This document shows positions 1 through 8,943 of a DNA stretch of 30,071 bases, one piece after another. The stretch spans positions 744,001-774,071 of the forward strand of contig UYFQ01000023.1 in assembly GCA_900617105.1 (NCBI GenBank), read 5' to 3'. A program made the position numbers and the translations under genes. This stretch comes from Hydrurus foetidus (lineage: Eukaryota). Below the pieces are notes generated by a model. That model was given only the letters and a program-made list of their open reading frames with translations, did not search any database and was not told the origin of the DNA. Each line of letters opens with the position of its first letter. Positions within the stretch are counted from its first letter, which is position 1.

Positions 1-246
1 TGGATTGACGAGGGGGACGCGGTGTTCAAACAGCTCAAAGTCTGGACACCTGCCGCCACCGGCAACGGCACGATGAACAGCCTGCAAGCACGCGGCGTAG
101 GCGCTTTGCACCTCGGCTACAGTGCCACGCCCTTCGAGCTGAGAGACAGCAACAACCGCAGCCTGGGCAGCGTGCGCTCTACCGGTGCGTACCTGATGGA
201 GAACGGCGGCGCGGGCACGCTGCAACAGATAGATTTAACGGTTTAG
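1..246 (+). CDS. 3' end of a hypothetical protein (partial, runs off the window start)
   Basis: Frame +1 is open from base 1 (WIDEGDAVFKQLKVW...GTLQQIDLTV) to TAG at 244-246. It resembles the C-terminus of conserved hypothetical proteins with a D-rich 'GWIDExD' segment, from recollection only. Confidence 0.6.
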   Translation, partial: WIDEGDAVFKQLKVWTPAATGNGTMNSLQARGVGALHLGYSATPFELRDSNNRSLGSVRSTGAYLMENGGAGTLQQIDLTV

Positions 247-268
247 CGAACTTTCAACCGTTTTTTCA

Positions 269-317
269 GGCTCTATCGCTTTATACATATGCATTGAAAG
301 CTACTGTTTTTATAGCA
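269..317. repeat. Dispersed palindromic-core repeat, copy 1 (intergenic, between convergent genes)
   Basis: TGCA(290-293)-N5-AGCTA(299-303)-N8-ATAGCA(312-317). By hand, 27/49 ungapped identities to the copy at 4562-4610. Confidence 0.6.
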
Positions 318-318
318 C

Positions 319-1023
319 TTAAATCGCCACCAACTGCCGCACGCCTTTGGCCTGCATCTCATCGCCGGGGCCACGGGCAATGAACTCGCCGCGTTCCATC
401 ACCAAGTAATCATCGGCCAGCTCCTCGGCAAAGTCGTAGTACTGCTCGCACAACACAATCGCCATGCGCTGGCCGTTCATGCCCTGGTCTGCCAGCATGC
501 GAATGACGCGGCCAATGTCTTTGATGATGCTGGGCTGGATGCCTTCGGTGGGCTCGTCCAGAATCAGCAACTTAGGGCCAGCTGCCAACGCACGGGCAAT
601 CGCCAACTGCTGCTGCTGACCGCCCGATAGATCGCCGCCACGGCGGTGCAGCATCTGCTTCAACACCGGGAACAGCTCGTACAACTCAGGCGGAATCGGC
701 GTGCTGGCCGGTTTGTAGGCCAAGCCCATGCGCAGGTTTTCTTCCACCGTCAGGCGGGCAAAAATCTCACGGCCTTGAGGCACAAAGCCCACACCGGCGC
801 GGGCGCGCTCGTAGGGCGTGGCATTTTGAATGGGCTTGCCATTGAACTCGATGGTGCCGGTTTTGATGGGCACAAGGCCCATCAGCGACTTGAGCAAGGT
901 GGTCTTGCCTACGCCGTTACGGCCCAGCAGCACGGTGACTTTGCCTAAAGCGGCCTCAAAACCCACATCGCGCAGGATGTGCGAGCCACCGTAGTATTGG
1001 TTGATGTTTTTGACGGTCAACAT
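319..1023 (-). CDS. urtE: Urea ABC transporter ATP-binding subunit UrtE
   Basis: Walker A GRNGVGKTT, LSGGQQQQ signature, LLILDEPTEGIQP; last gene of the urt-like operon. Confidence 0.92.
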   Translation of the reverse strand: MLTVKNINQYYGGSHILRDVGFEAALGKVTVLLGRNGVGKTTLLKSLMGLVPIKTGTIEFNGKPIQNATPYERARAGVGFVPQGREIFARLTVEENLRMGLAYKPASTPIPPELYELFPVLKQMLHRRGGDLSGGQQQQLAIARALAAGPKLLILDEPTEGIQPSIIKDIGRVIRMLADQGMNGQRMAIVLCEQYYDFAEELADDYLVMERGEFIARGPGDEMQAKGVRQLVAI

Positions 1024-1037
1024 AATGGGTTTTCCTG

Positions 1038-1913
1038 TTAACGGCCCAAATAAACTTCAATCACCCGCTCATCCGCCTGCACCTGATCGAGCGTGCCTTG
1101 CGCCAGCACTGAGCCGTCACACAGCACGGTCACGATGTCGCTGATGGTGCGGATAAAGCTCATGTCATGCTCGACCACCATCAGCGAATGCTTGCCTTTG
1201 AGGGTCAAAAACAACTCAGCGGTACGGGCGGTTTCTTCGTCCGTCATACCAGCCACAGGCTCGTCGAGCAGCAGCAGTTTGGGGTCTTGCATCAGCAGCA
1301 TCCCGATCTCTAGCCACTGCTTTTGCCCGTGGCTCAAGTTACCCGCCATGCGGCTCACGCTGTCGGCCAGATGGATGGTGTGCAAAATTTCTGCGAGGCG
1401 ATCACTTTGGCGGCTGTCGAGCTTGAAGCGCATCGACGGCACCACCCGCTTGTCGGTCTTGAGCGCCAGCTCCAGGTTTTCAAACACGCTCAGTTGCTCA
1501 AACACCGTGGGCTTTTGGAACTTGCGGCCAATGCCCAGCTGGGCGATTTCGGCCTCTTTGTAACGCAACAAATCAATCGTGCTGCCAAAGAACACCGTGC
1601 CGGAATCGGGTCGGGTTTTGCCGGTGATGATGTCCATCATCGTGGTCTTGCCCGCACCGTTGGGGCCGATGATGCAGCGCAGCTCACCGGGCGCGATGTC
1701 CAGGCTCAGCTTGTTGATGGCTTTGAAGCCGTCGAAGCTGACGCACACGTCTTCCAGGTACAGGATGCGGCCATGCGACACGTCCACCTCGCCGGGCGTG
1801 GCGATGCGCGAAAAACCAGCTTCTCGGCCACCGGACTCCGTCTTTCCTGACTCTTCTTTTTGCGCGACTTTCGCCAAGCGGCGAGCGCCCTCTTCCAATA
1901 AATCCGGTGTCAT
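1038..1913 (-). CDS. urtD: Urea ABC transporter ATP-binding subunit UrtD
   Basis: GPNGAGKTT, LSHGQKQWLEIGM, LLLLDEPVAGM, C-terminal VIEVYLGR; start overlaps the urtC stop (ATGA). Confidence 0.92.
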   Translation of the reverse strand: MTPDLLEEGARRLAKVAQKEESGKTESGGREAGFSRIATPGEVDVSHGRILYLEDVCVSFDGFKAINKLSLDIAPGELRCIIGPNGAGKTTMMDIITGKTRPDSGTVFFGSTIDLLRYKEAEIAQLGIGRKFQKPTVFEQLSVFENLELALKTDKRVVPSMRFKLDSRQSDRLAEILHTIHLADSVSRMAGNLSHGQKQWLEIGMLLMQDPKLLLLDEPVAGMTDEETARTAELFLTLKGKHSLMVVEHDMSFIRTISDIVTVLCDGSVLAQGTLDQVQADERVIEVYLGR

Positions 1914-3058
1914 GCTTTTTCTCCCCGGAGTTTTTTAACCAGACCCACGATTCCATTAGGCAGGTACAAGGTCACACCAATGAAGAGTGCGCCTAAAAAA
2001 TACAACCAGTATTCAGGTGCCGCCACTGTCAACCAGCTCTTCGCGCCGTTGACGATGAACGCGCCAATGATCGGCCCAATCAGCGTTGCCCGGCCACCGA
2101 CCGCCGACCAGATGGCGATCTCAATCGAGTTCGCTGTGCTCATCTCGCTCGGGTTGATGATGCCCACCTGCGGCACGTACAGCGCCCCGGCAATGCCGCA
2201 CATGATGGCGGAAATCACCCAGATGCTGAGCTTGTAGCCCAGCGGGTTGTAGCCCGAGAACATCACCCGCGTTTCAGCATCGCGTATGGCTTGCAGCACC
2301 CGGCCATACTTGCTGGCGATCAGCCATTTGGCGAACAAATAGCAGCTCAGCAGCATCACGCCTGTCAACACAAACAACGTCATGCGCATCGAAGGCGTGG
2401 CAATCGGCAGGCCAAGAATCCGTTTGAAATCGGTGAAGCCGTTGTTGCCCCCAAAGCCGGTTTCGTTGCGGAAGAACAGCAGCATGGCGGCGAACGTCAT
2501 CGCCTGGGTGATGATGGAAAAGTACACGCCTTTGATGCGCGAGCGGAAGGCGAAGAAGCCAAAGACAAAGGCCACCACACCCGGCACCGCGACGATCAAG
2601 ATCAACGTGGCGATGAAGCTGTCACTGAACGTCCAATGCCAAGGCAAGGTCTTCCAATCGAGGAACACCATGAAGTCAGGCAGATTGCTTTTGTAGTTGC
2701 CGTCCGTGCCAATCTGGCGCATCAGGTACATGCCCATGGCATAGCCACCGATGGCAAAAAACACGCCGTGGCCCAGGCTCAAAATGCCGGTGTAGCCCCA
2801 GATCAAATCCATCGCCAGCGCACAAATAGCGTAGCACATGAACTTGCCCAGCAAGCCCACGGCGTAGTCGCTCAGGTGGAAAATGCTGTCGTTGGGCACC
2901 AGCAGGTTCAGCGCGGGGGCGACGGCGCAGACCACGATCAGCGCGACGATGAAGGCGCTCCAGCCGGTGCCGGTCATCAAGGGGGCTTTGGGGGGCAATA
3001 CCACGGTAGAGATCGTAGAGGTCGTAGAAGTCGTGGAGGGATTAGACGTTGTGTTCAT
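1910..3058 (-). CDS. urtC: Urea ABC transporter permease UrtC
   Basis: LivM-type permease motifs DLIWGYTGILSLGHG, GVYFSIITQA and NETGFGGNNGFTDFK. Confidence 0.92.
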   Translation of the reverse strand: MNTTSNPSTTSTTSTISTVVLPPKAPLMTGTGWSAFIVALIVVCAVAPALNLLVPNDSIFHLSDYAVGLLGKFMCYAICALAMDLIWGYTGILSLGHGVFFAIGGYAMGMYLMRQIGTDGNYKSNLPDFMVFLDWKTLPWHWTFSDSFIATLILIVAVPGVVAFVFGFFAFRSRIKGVYFSIITQAMTFAAMLLFFRNETGFGGNNGFTDFKRILGLPIATPSMRMTLFVLTGVMLLSCYLFAKWLIASKYGRVLQAIRDAETRVMFSGYNPLGYKLSIWVISAIMCGIAGALYVPQVGIINPSEMSTANSIEIAIWSAVGGRATLIGPIIGAFIVNGAKSWLTVAAPEYWLYFLGALFIGVTLYLPNGIVGLVKKLRGEKA

Positions 3059-3061
3059 CGC

Positions 3062-4636
3062 TCAAGCCTCCGCAGAACGGCCCTTCATCGCGAAGATGCC
3101 TTGAGGCCGCTTCTGGATGAAGATGATGATGAACACCAGCACGGCGATCTTGGCGAGCACCGCGCCGGTAAAGCCTTCAAGCAGTTTGTTAAGCACGCCC
3201 AGACCCATCGCGGCGTACACCGTACCCGCCAACTGGCCCACGCCGCCCAGCACCACCACCATGAACGAATCCACGATGTAACCCTGGCCCAAATCTGGCC
3301 CCACATTGCCCACTTGGCTCAAGGCGCAACCCGCCAGCCCGGCAATGCCCGAACCCAGCGCAAAAGCGTAGGTGTCGATGCGGGCGGTGTTCACGCCCAT
3401 GCACGAAGCGATAGGGCGATTTTGCGTGACGCCGCGTACAAACAAACCAAGGCGCGTTTTGCCAATCAACCAGCCCATGCCCAGCAGCACAGCCGCTGCA
3501 AAGGCGATGATGATGATGCGGTTCCAAGGCAGTTGCAGGTTGCCCATCAACTGGATACCACCGCTCATCCAACTGGGGTTTTCAACGCCCACGTTTTGCG
3601 CACCAAAAATCGTGCGCACCAGCTGTTGTAGCATCAGGCTGATGCCCCAGGTCGCCAGCAGGGTTTCCAGCGGGCGGCCATACAGAAAGCGGATCACGCT
3701 GCGCTCCAGTGCCGCGCCCACCAAGGCCGAAGCCATAAAGGCCACCGGCACAGAAACCAGCAAATACCAGTCGAACATCCCTGGCAGGTACTTTTGAAAC
3801 AGGCCCTGCACCACGTAAGTGGCGTAGGCACCAATCATCATCAACTCGCCATGCGCCATGTTGATGACCCCCATCAACCCGTAGGTGATGGCCAGGCCCA
3901 GCGCCACCAGCAGCAGGATGCTTCCTAAGCTGATGCCGCTGAACACAGCCCCTAATTTGTCGCCCCAGGCCAGCGTTGCCTCTACAGTGCGCAATGAATT
4001 TTGTAGCGCAGACTTCACGTCTGGCGAGCTCTCCACCTTGATGCGCTCAATCAAGGCGGTTTTGGCGTTGGTGGTGGTGCTGTCGGCGAGAAGCTTGGCG
4101 GCTTCCAGCCGTTTGGCGTTGTCAGGGCTGTTCAGTAACAGCGCTGCACGCACCAAACCCAAAGCAGTTTTGATAGTGGAATCTTGCTCAGCCGCGAAAG
4201 CTTTTTCGATCAATGGCAGCTTGGCATCGTCGGTTTCACTTTGCAAGGATTTGACGGCATCAGCGCGGACTTTTGCGTCTTTGGAAAACAGCTTCAACGC
4301 TGCCATCGCCGATTCCAACTCACCGTGCATGCGGTTGTTGTTCATCACGTCTTCGGCGGATTCGGGTACGGGTACTTCAGCCCCCGTCACTGGGTCAAAA
4401 CCTTTGCCGTCTTTGATGACGAACACCTTATCGCCCTCCAACTTCACCGCATCATCGTTCATGGCTTGCAGGAAAGCAGCGGTTTTATCGTCTGCGGTAG
4501 CCACGGCCTTGTTCAGTGCCTCGATACGGGCATCAGGCTCGCCGGATGCGATGGCTTTTGCCTCGTTAGCGCTTAGTGCATGGGCATTAGCAGCTATACA
4601 AAGCATAGCGGTGAAGAGTAATTTTCGGATCAGCAT
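3062..4636 (-). CDS. urtB: Urea ABC transporter permease UrtB with N-terminal periplasmic helical domain
   Basis: LivH-type motif GLAITYGLMGVINMAHGE and C-terminal KRPQGIF. Start placed at ATG 4636 (MLIRKLLF...ANAHA signal peptide) rather than the ORF-track start at 4690. Confidence 0.9.
   Translation of the reverse strand: MLIRKLLFTAMLCIAANAHALSANEAKAIASGEPDARIEALNKAVATADDKTAAFLQAMNDDAVKLEGDKVFVIKDGKGFDPVTGAEVPVPESAEDVMNNNRMHGELESAMAALKLFSKDAKVRADAVKSLQSETDDAKLPLIEKAFAAEQDSTIKTALGLVRAALLLNSPDNAKRLEAAKLLADSTTTNAKTALIERIKVESSPDVKSALQNSLRTVEATLAWGDKLGAVFSGISLGSILLLVALGLAITYGLMGVINMAHGELMMIGAYATYVVQGLFQKYLPGMFDWYLLVSVPVAFMASALVGAALERSVIRFLYGRPLETLLATWGISLMLQQLVRTIFGAQNVGVENPSWMSGGIQLMGNLQLPWNRIIIIAFAAAVLLGMGWLIGKTRLGLFVRGVTQNRPIASCMGVNTARIDTYAFALGSGIAGLAGCALSQVGNVGPDLGQGYIVDSFMVVVLGGVGQLAGTVYAAMGLGVLNKLLEGFTGAVLAKIAVLVFIIIFIQKRPQGIFAMKGRSAEA
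4562..4610. repeat. Dispersed palindromic-core repeat, copy 2 (inside the urtB signal-peptide coding region)
   Basis: GGCA(4583-4586)-N5-AGCTA(4592-4596)-N8-ATAGCG(4605-4610); encodes AMLCIAANAHALSAN. Confidence 0.55.
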
Positions 4637-4700
4637 GAAGGCATCTTTAAAGTAGGCACGGCCCACAACGGGCCGTGCAATCACTGTCAACTTCGTGCGC

Positions 4701-5987
4701 TTACTTCTTGACAGGTTCGTCAGGCTTCACCGAATTGCCTTCGATGAACGGGCTCCAAGGCTTGGCTTTCACAGGGCCAGGGGTCTTCCACACCACATTG
4801 AACTGGCCGTCCGCCTTGATTTCGCCGATGAACACCGACTTGTGCAGGTGGTGGTTCTTTTCGTCCATCTTGGACACGATGCCGCTCGGTGCCTTGAAGG
4901 TCTGGCCGGCCATTGCGTCGATCACTTTGTTCACCTCGGTGGACTTGGCTTTGGTGACGGCTTGTGCCCACATGTTGATGCCGATGTAAGTGGCTTCCAT
5001 CGGGTCGTTGGTCAGCGGCTTGTCCATGTGGCCAGGAATCTTCTTGGCTTTGGCGTAAGCAGACCACTTGGCGATGAACTCAGTGTTGGTGGGGTTCTTG
5101 ATCGACTGGAAGTAGTTCCATGCCGCCAAGTGGCCAACCAGCGGCTTGGTGTCCACGCCGCGCAGCTCTTCTTCACCCACAGAGAACGCCACCACCGGCA
5201 CGTCTTTGGCCTTCAAACCGGCATTGCCCAGTTCTTTGTAGAACGGCACGTTGGAATCGCCATTGATGGTGGACACCACAGCGGTCTTGCCGCCAGCCGC
5301 AAATTTCTTCACGTCAGCCACGATGGTTTGGTAGTCAGAGTGACCAAACGGGGTGTACTTTTCGTCGATGTCGGTGTCTTTCACGCCCTTAGATTTGAGG
5401 TAAGCGCGCAAGATTTTGTTGGTGGTGCGGGGGTACACATAGTCCGTGCCCAACAACACCCAACGCTTGGCGCCGCCGCCTTCTTTGCTCATCAAATAAT
5501 CGACAGCGGGGATGGCCTGCTGGTTAGGCGCAGCACCGGTATAAAACACGTTCTTGGACAGCTCTTCACCCTCGTACTGCACGGGGTAGAACAGCAAGCC
5601 GTTCAGCTCTTCGAGCACGGGCAATGCGGACTTGCGGGACACCGAAGTCCAGCAACCAAAAATCACGTCCACTTTGTCTTGCGTCAGCAGCTGCTTGGTT
5701 TTTTCAGCAAACAGCGGCCAGTTGGAAGCGGGGTCAACGATAACGGGTTCCAATTTTTTGCCGAGCAAACCGCCCTTGGCATTGATCTCGTCAATCGCCA
5801 TCAGCACGGTGTCTTTCAACACGGTTTCCGAAATGGCCATCGTGCCTGAGAGGCTGTGCAAAACACCGACTTTGATGGTGTCAGCCGCAAAGGCAGGGAT
5901 GGCTGACAGACCCGTCAGCGCGACAGCGGCGGTCAGCGCTTTGAGGGTAAAACGACGTGAGGCGGTACGTGAATTGAGGCGTTGCAT
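4701..5987 (-). CDS. urtA: Urea ABC transporter substrate-binding protein UrtA
   Basis: IKVGVLHSLSGTMAISE, FGCWTSVSRK, FYPVQYEG and GTDYVYPRTTN; Tat-like signal (SRRFTLK); GGAG upstream of the start. Confidence 0.93.
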   Translation of the reverse strand: MQRLNSRTASRRFTLKALTAAVALTGLSAIPAFAADTIKVGVLHSLSGTMAISETVLKDTVLMAIDEINAKGGLLGKKLEPVIVDPASNWPLFAEKTKQLLTQDKVDVIFGCWTSVSRKSALPVLEELNGLLFYPVQYEGEELSKNVFYTGAAPNQQAIPAVDYLMSKEGGGAKRWVLLGTDYVYPRTTNKILRAYLKSKGVKDTDIDEKYTPFGHSDYQTIVADVKKFAAGGKTAVVSTINGDSNVPFYKELGNAGLKAKDVPVVAFSVGEEELRGVDTKPLVGHLAAWNYFQSIKNPTNTEFIAKWSAYAKAKKIPGHMDKPLTNDPMEATYIGINMWAQAVTKAKSTEVNKVIDAMAGQTFKAPSGIVSKMDEKNHHLHKSVFIGEIKADGQFNVVWKTPGPVKAKPWSPFIEGNSVKPDEPVKK

Positions 5988-6095
5988 GTGTGCTTCTCCG
6001 GGTGGTAAAAGTTAACGTGTCGCGCCGCAGGAGCCTAGAGTGGCCGGGAATGTGGCGCGATGGGTGGACTTTAGGGAGTAGCGGGGAATTGGGGA

Positions 6096-6113
6096 ATACG
6101 CCTTGTGGCGTAT
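6096..6113. promoter_or_regulatory. Perfect inverted repeat, candidate operator upstream of urtA
   Basis: ATACGCC-ttgt-GGCGTAT, about 110 bp upstream of the urtA start. Confidence 0.45.
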
Positions 6114-6152
6114 ACGGCTTCATGCGCAAATTGGGCATCGCCTATTGCCAAA

Positions 6153-6734
6153 TCACGCCTGAAGAATCGGTACCTGCGAACCACGCGCCACGTCGACCAC
6201 CGATTGATGCAACTGCACCGTACCCGGCTTAACCAGAGGAACTGATGCAATGCGCTTGGTCTGTGCAATCCCAGCCTCAAACAAGCAAACACAAGCGTGG
6301 TACGGATGCTGCGCGGATGCGTACAGCACACCGTGCAGGTCTTTCAATCGGCAAGCCAACGCAAAACTCTGCGTTGATTCGTAGCGCTGAGACTGCAAAA
6401 CGGGATAGCGTTCTTCCACGCCCCGCAAGTCAACCAAACGTAACCGTTGCAAAGTCTCAAAACGAGCAAGCACCCGCTGTTGCAAGCGATCCCAATGGCA
6501 GCTGCGTATTTCTCGCCGAAAAAGCGATTCGTACAGTGCGGTCTCTGGGCTGTCGCCCATGTAAGCCGTAGCTTCGTGAGGCAAGTCAAAGCGTCCAGCC
6601 AAGCCACCCGGTGGGGCCAGCAAAAATCCGTTGATTTTCAGAGTGTCTGTGAGCGCAGTTTTACGCTGCACACGGTGCCAAATCTGATGGGCTGGAAGTT
6701 CTGTAATGGGTGGGTTGAGTTCTTTGAAGTTCAT
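6153..6734 (-). CDS. RES-domain protein, putative NAD+-targeting toxin
   Basis: RES hallmarks WHRV, GRFD, YMGDSPETALYE, LVDLR and GVLYAS; lies 8 bp downstream of an antitoxin-like gene. Confidence 0.8.
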   Translation of the reverse strand: MNFKELNPPITELPAHQIWHRVQRKTALTDTLKINGFLLAPPGGLAGRFDLPHEATAYMGDSPETALYESLFRREIRSCHWDRLQQRVLARFETLQRLRLVDLRGVEERYPVLQSQRYESTQSFALACRLKDLHGVLYASAQHPYHACVCLFEAGIAQTKRIASVPLVKPGTVQLHQSVVDVARGSQVPILQA

Positions 6735-6742
6735 AGGCGAGG

Positions 6743-7213
6743 TCAGTGCGCCTCAGCCGTTGCCAGTGCCAGAATTCGCTCGATAGGGATGCCTTGCTCC
6801 AGTGCTGCACGGGGTGTTTGACCGTCCAATGCACTGGCAGAAGACTCCAAAAACGACAGCAACTGCCAGCCATCGCTGCTGCCCAGGCTTTTCGCCATTG
6901 GCTGTAAAGCAGGCCAGACAGTGGGCTCAAACTGCCAGCGCGGCAACTTAAAGCCACGGCGCAAGTTAGACACCCCAATGCAACGCCCGCTTTTGATCCA
7001 AGCGTTAACGGTCACACGGGTGGTACCAGCCAGGGCTGCAGCTTCGTCAGTGGTCATCATGTCAGCAGCGTCCATGCGGTCACGACGGTACTGCACACCA
7101 GAGCGCAACAAGGCTGCGGTGTGCGTGGCGGTGGCGTAAGGGCTGTCAGTTGCAACATGGCGTGATGGTGCGGATTCTGTGGCGAACGGAGAGGGGAAGG
7201 TTAAGGTGTTCAT
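6743..7213 (-). CDS. Putative antitoxin: HTH plus Xre/MbcA/ParS-like C-terminal domain
   Basis: HTH segment MTTDEAAALAGTTRVTVNAWIKSG, linker LPRWQF, C-terminal FLESSASALDGQTPRAAL; immediately upstream of the RES gene. Confidence 0.7.
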   Translation of the reverse strand: MNTLTFPSPFATESAPSRHVATDSPYATATHTAALLRSGVQYRRDRMDAADMMTTDEAAALAGTTRVTVNAWIKSGRCIGVSNLRRGFKLPRWQFEPTVWPALQPMAKSLGSSDGWQLLSFLESSASALDGQTPRAALEQGIPIERILALATAEAH

Positions 7214-7239
7214 GCGTGGGAGATGAGAACAGATGCGCT

Positions 7240-7608
7240 TTAGGGCGCGTTACGCAGATTGGTTTTGCCAGCTGAGAAAAACCCATTGAACGCAATACAA
7301 ACTCTATGCCCTACCTTAGGTAAAAGAGAATGGTGTACTGTTAAGCCACGCATAAAACCCCACTCATTCGCATGCCGAGAAGCACGAATAGCCCCTATGT
7401 TGACTAATTTCCCCATACGCGCAAAGCCAACATTACTCTTGCTGCAAATGCCGCGTACAGCCAGAAAAGCCTTCATCATTGCAATAGCAATTTGACTGGG
7501 TTCAAAAGGCAGAGCAACACCACTGCTACGAATAATTCGATAGTGAGATAGGCCGTTCGCAAAAGGTGCGCAGCTAATTTCGGTTTCTACTTCATTTAAG
7601 GCAAGCAT
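7240..7608 (-). pseudogene. ORF containing a truncated NrdA-like ATP-cone segment (7450-7542); probable gene relic
   Basis: YRIIRSSGVALPFEPSQIAIAMMKAFLAVRG resembles the N-terminal ATP cone of betaproteobacterial ribonucleotide reductase alpha; similarity is lost afterwards. GGAGG lies 5 nt before ATG 7608. The region is AT-rich. Confidence 0.55.
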
Positions 7609-8943
7609 TTCAGCCTCCACTTGGCATGCTCCGCTCCGTTATGGGCGTTTGGCATATAGCGCCAATTCTAGATCATTTCGTAAATTTCGTTAAGTTAGAT
7701 TATTTTGATCAATCACATCAATGAGAACAGAAGTACCCAAAGCATGAGGGTGTCCCGGATTTTGTGTAAACGGCGATTAAGTTAGACGCGCGGCATACGC
7801 TCGTCAAACTGAATGGTAAATCGATTCAGGGCGGCCTTCCAATCCCGAATCGGCATCGTCCATTTCTGACTGATGTTGTTCAGTGCCAGATAGAACAATT
7901 TGAATACCGCGTCATCGGTTGGAAATGACCCGCGGGTCTTCGTGATTTTGCGTAGGCTCATATTCACCGATTCAATGGCATTGGTCGTGTAAATCACTTT
8001 GCGGATGTCTGGCGGGTAGTCAAAGAATGGCGTCAGGCGTGCCCAGTTGCGCCGCCAGGACTGACCAATCGGGGCGAATGATGCATCCCATTTGCCCTCG
8101 AATTCCGTCAGCCGCAGCAGGGCCTCGTCCTCAGTGGCGGCGCTGTAGATCATGCGCAAATCGGCGGCCACTTCCTTGCGCTGTTTCCAGCCCACGAAGT
8201 TCAGGCTGTGGCGCACCATGTGAACCAAACAGAGCTGCACAGCAGTCTTGGGGAACACGGCCTCAATCGCATCTGGGAAGCCCTTGAGGCCATCGACACA
8301 GGCAATGAAGATGTCGGCCACACCACGGTTCTTCAACTCGGTCACCACTTGCAGCCAGAACTTGGCACCTTCCGTCTGGGCCATCCACAGGCCCAGCACC
8401 TCCTTGAGGCCGTCTAGGTTGACACCAATGGCCAGGTACAGGGCCTTGACCCGTACTGCGCCGTTGTCGCGCACCTTGACGTGAATGCAGTCCATGTAAA
8501 CGATGGGGTACAGCGCGTCCAATGGACGAGCCTGCCAGGTTTTGACCTCATCCATGACGGCATCGGTCACCGAGGAGATTAGGGTGGGTGAAACTTCAGC
8601 GCCATACATTTCCTGCAGGTGGCTTTGAATTTCGCGCACTGTCATGCCCCGGGCGTAGAGCGACAGTATCTTGTCGTCAAAGCCGCTCCAGCGGGTCTGG
8701 TGCTTGGTGATGATTTGGGGTTCGAACGTGCCCGCCCGGTCACGGGGGATTTCAATGGGCAGTTCACCAAAGTCGCCCTTGAGGGTCTTCTTGCTGCGTC
8801 CGTTGCGGGTGTTGCCTGCCTCGTTGGCCACCAATTGGTTCTTGCTGTGACCCAGGTGCTCTGTCAGCTCGGCCTGCAGTGCGCGTTCTACCAGGGCCTT
8901 GGTGAGTTGCTTGAGGATGCCGTTCTGGCCAATCAAATCTTCA

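Noticed and set aside
3960..4636. Large N-terminal helical domain on UrtB as a novel fusion
   Set aside because: Extended periplasmic N-termini are common in proteobacterial UrtB proteins.
2291..5849. Long + strand ORFs (446, 256 and 384 aa) opposite urt genes, and similar ones at 13203, 18484, 20171, 23406, 28298 and 29397
   Set aside because: Antisense shadows of well-supported genes, expected from high-GC codon bias; no recognisable motifs.
5988..6060. Possible guanidine-I (ykkC) riboswitch upstream of urtA (CTAGGCTCC...CCCGGAGA on the - strand)
   Set aside because: Only fragmentary resemblance; the AAAAGCCCGG 3' motif and P1 stem are missing, and CCCGGAGA is explained by the ribosome-binding site.
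6121..6152. Sigma-54 promoter for urtA (TGGCAA...TGC on the - strand)
   Set aside because: GG-to-GC spacing is 11 nt rather than the required 10.
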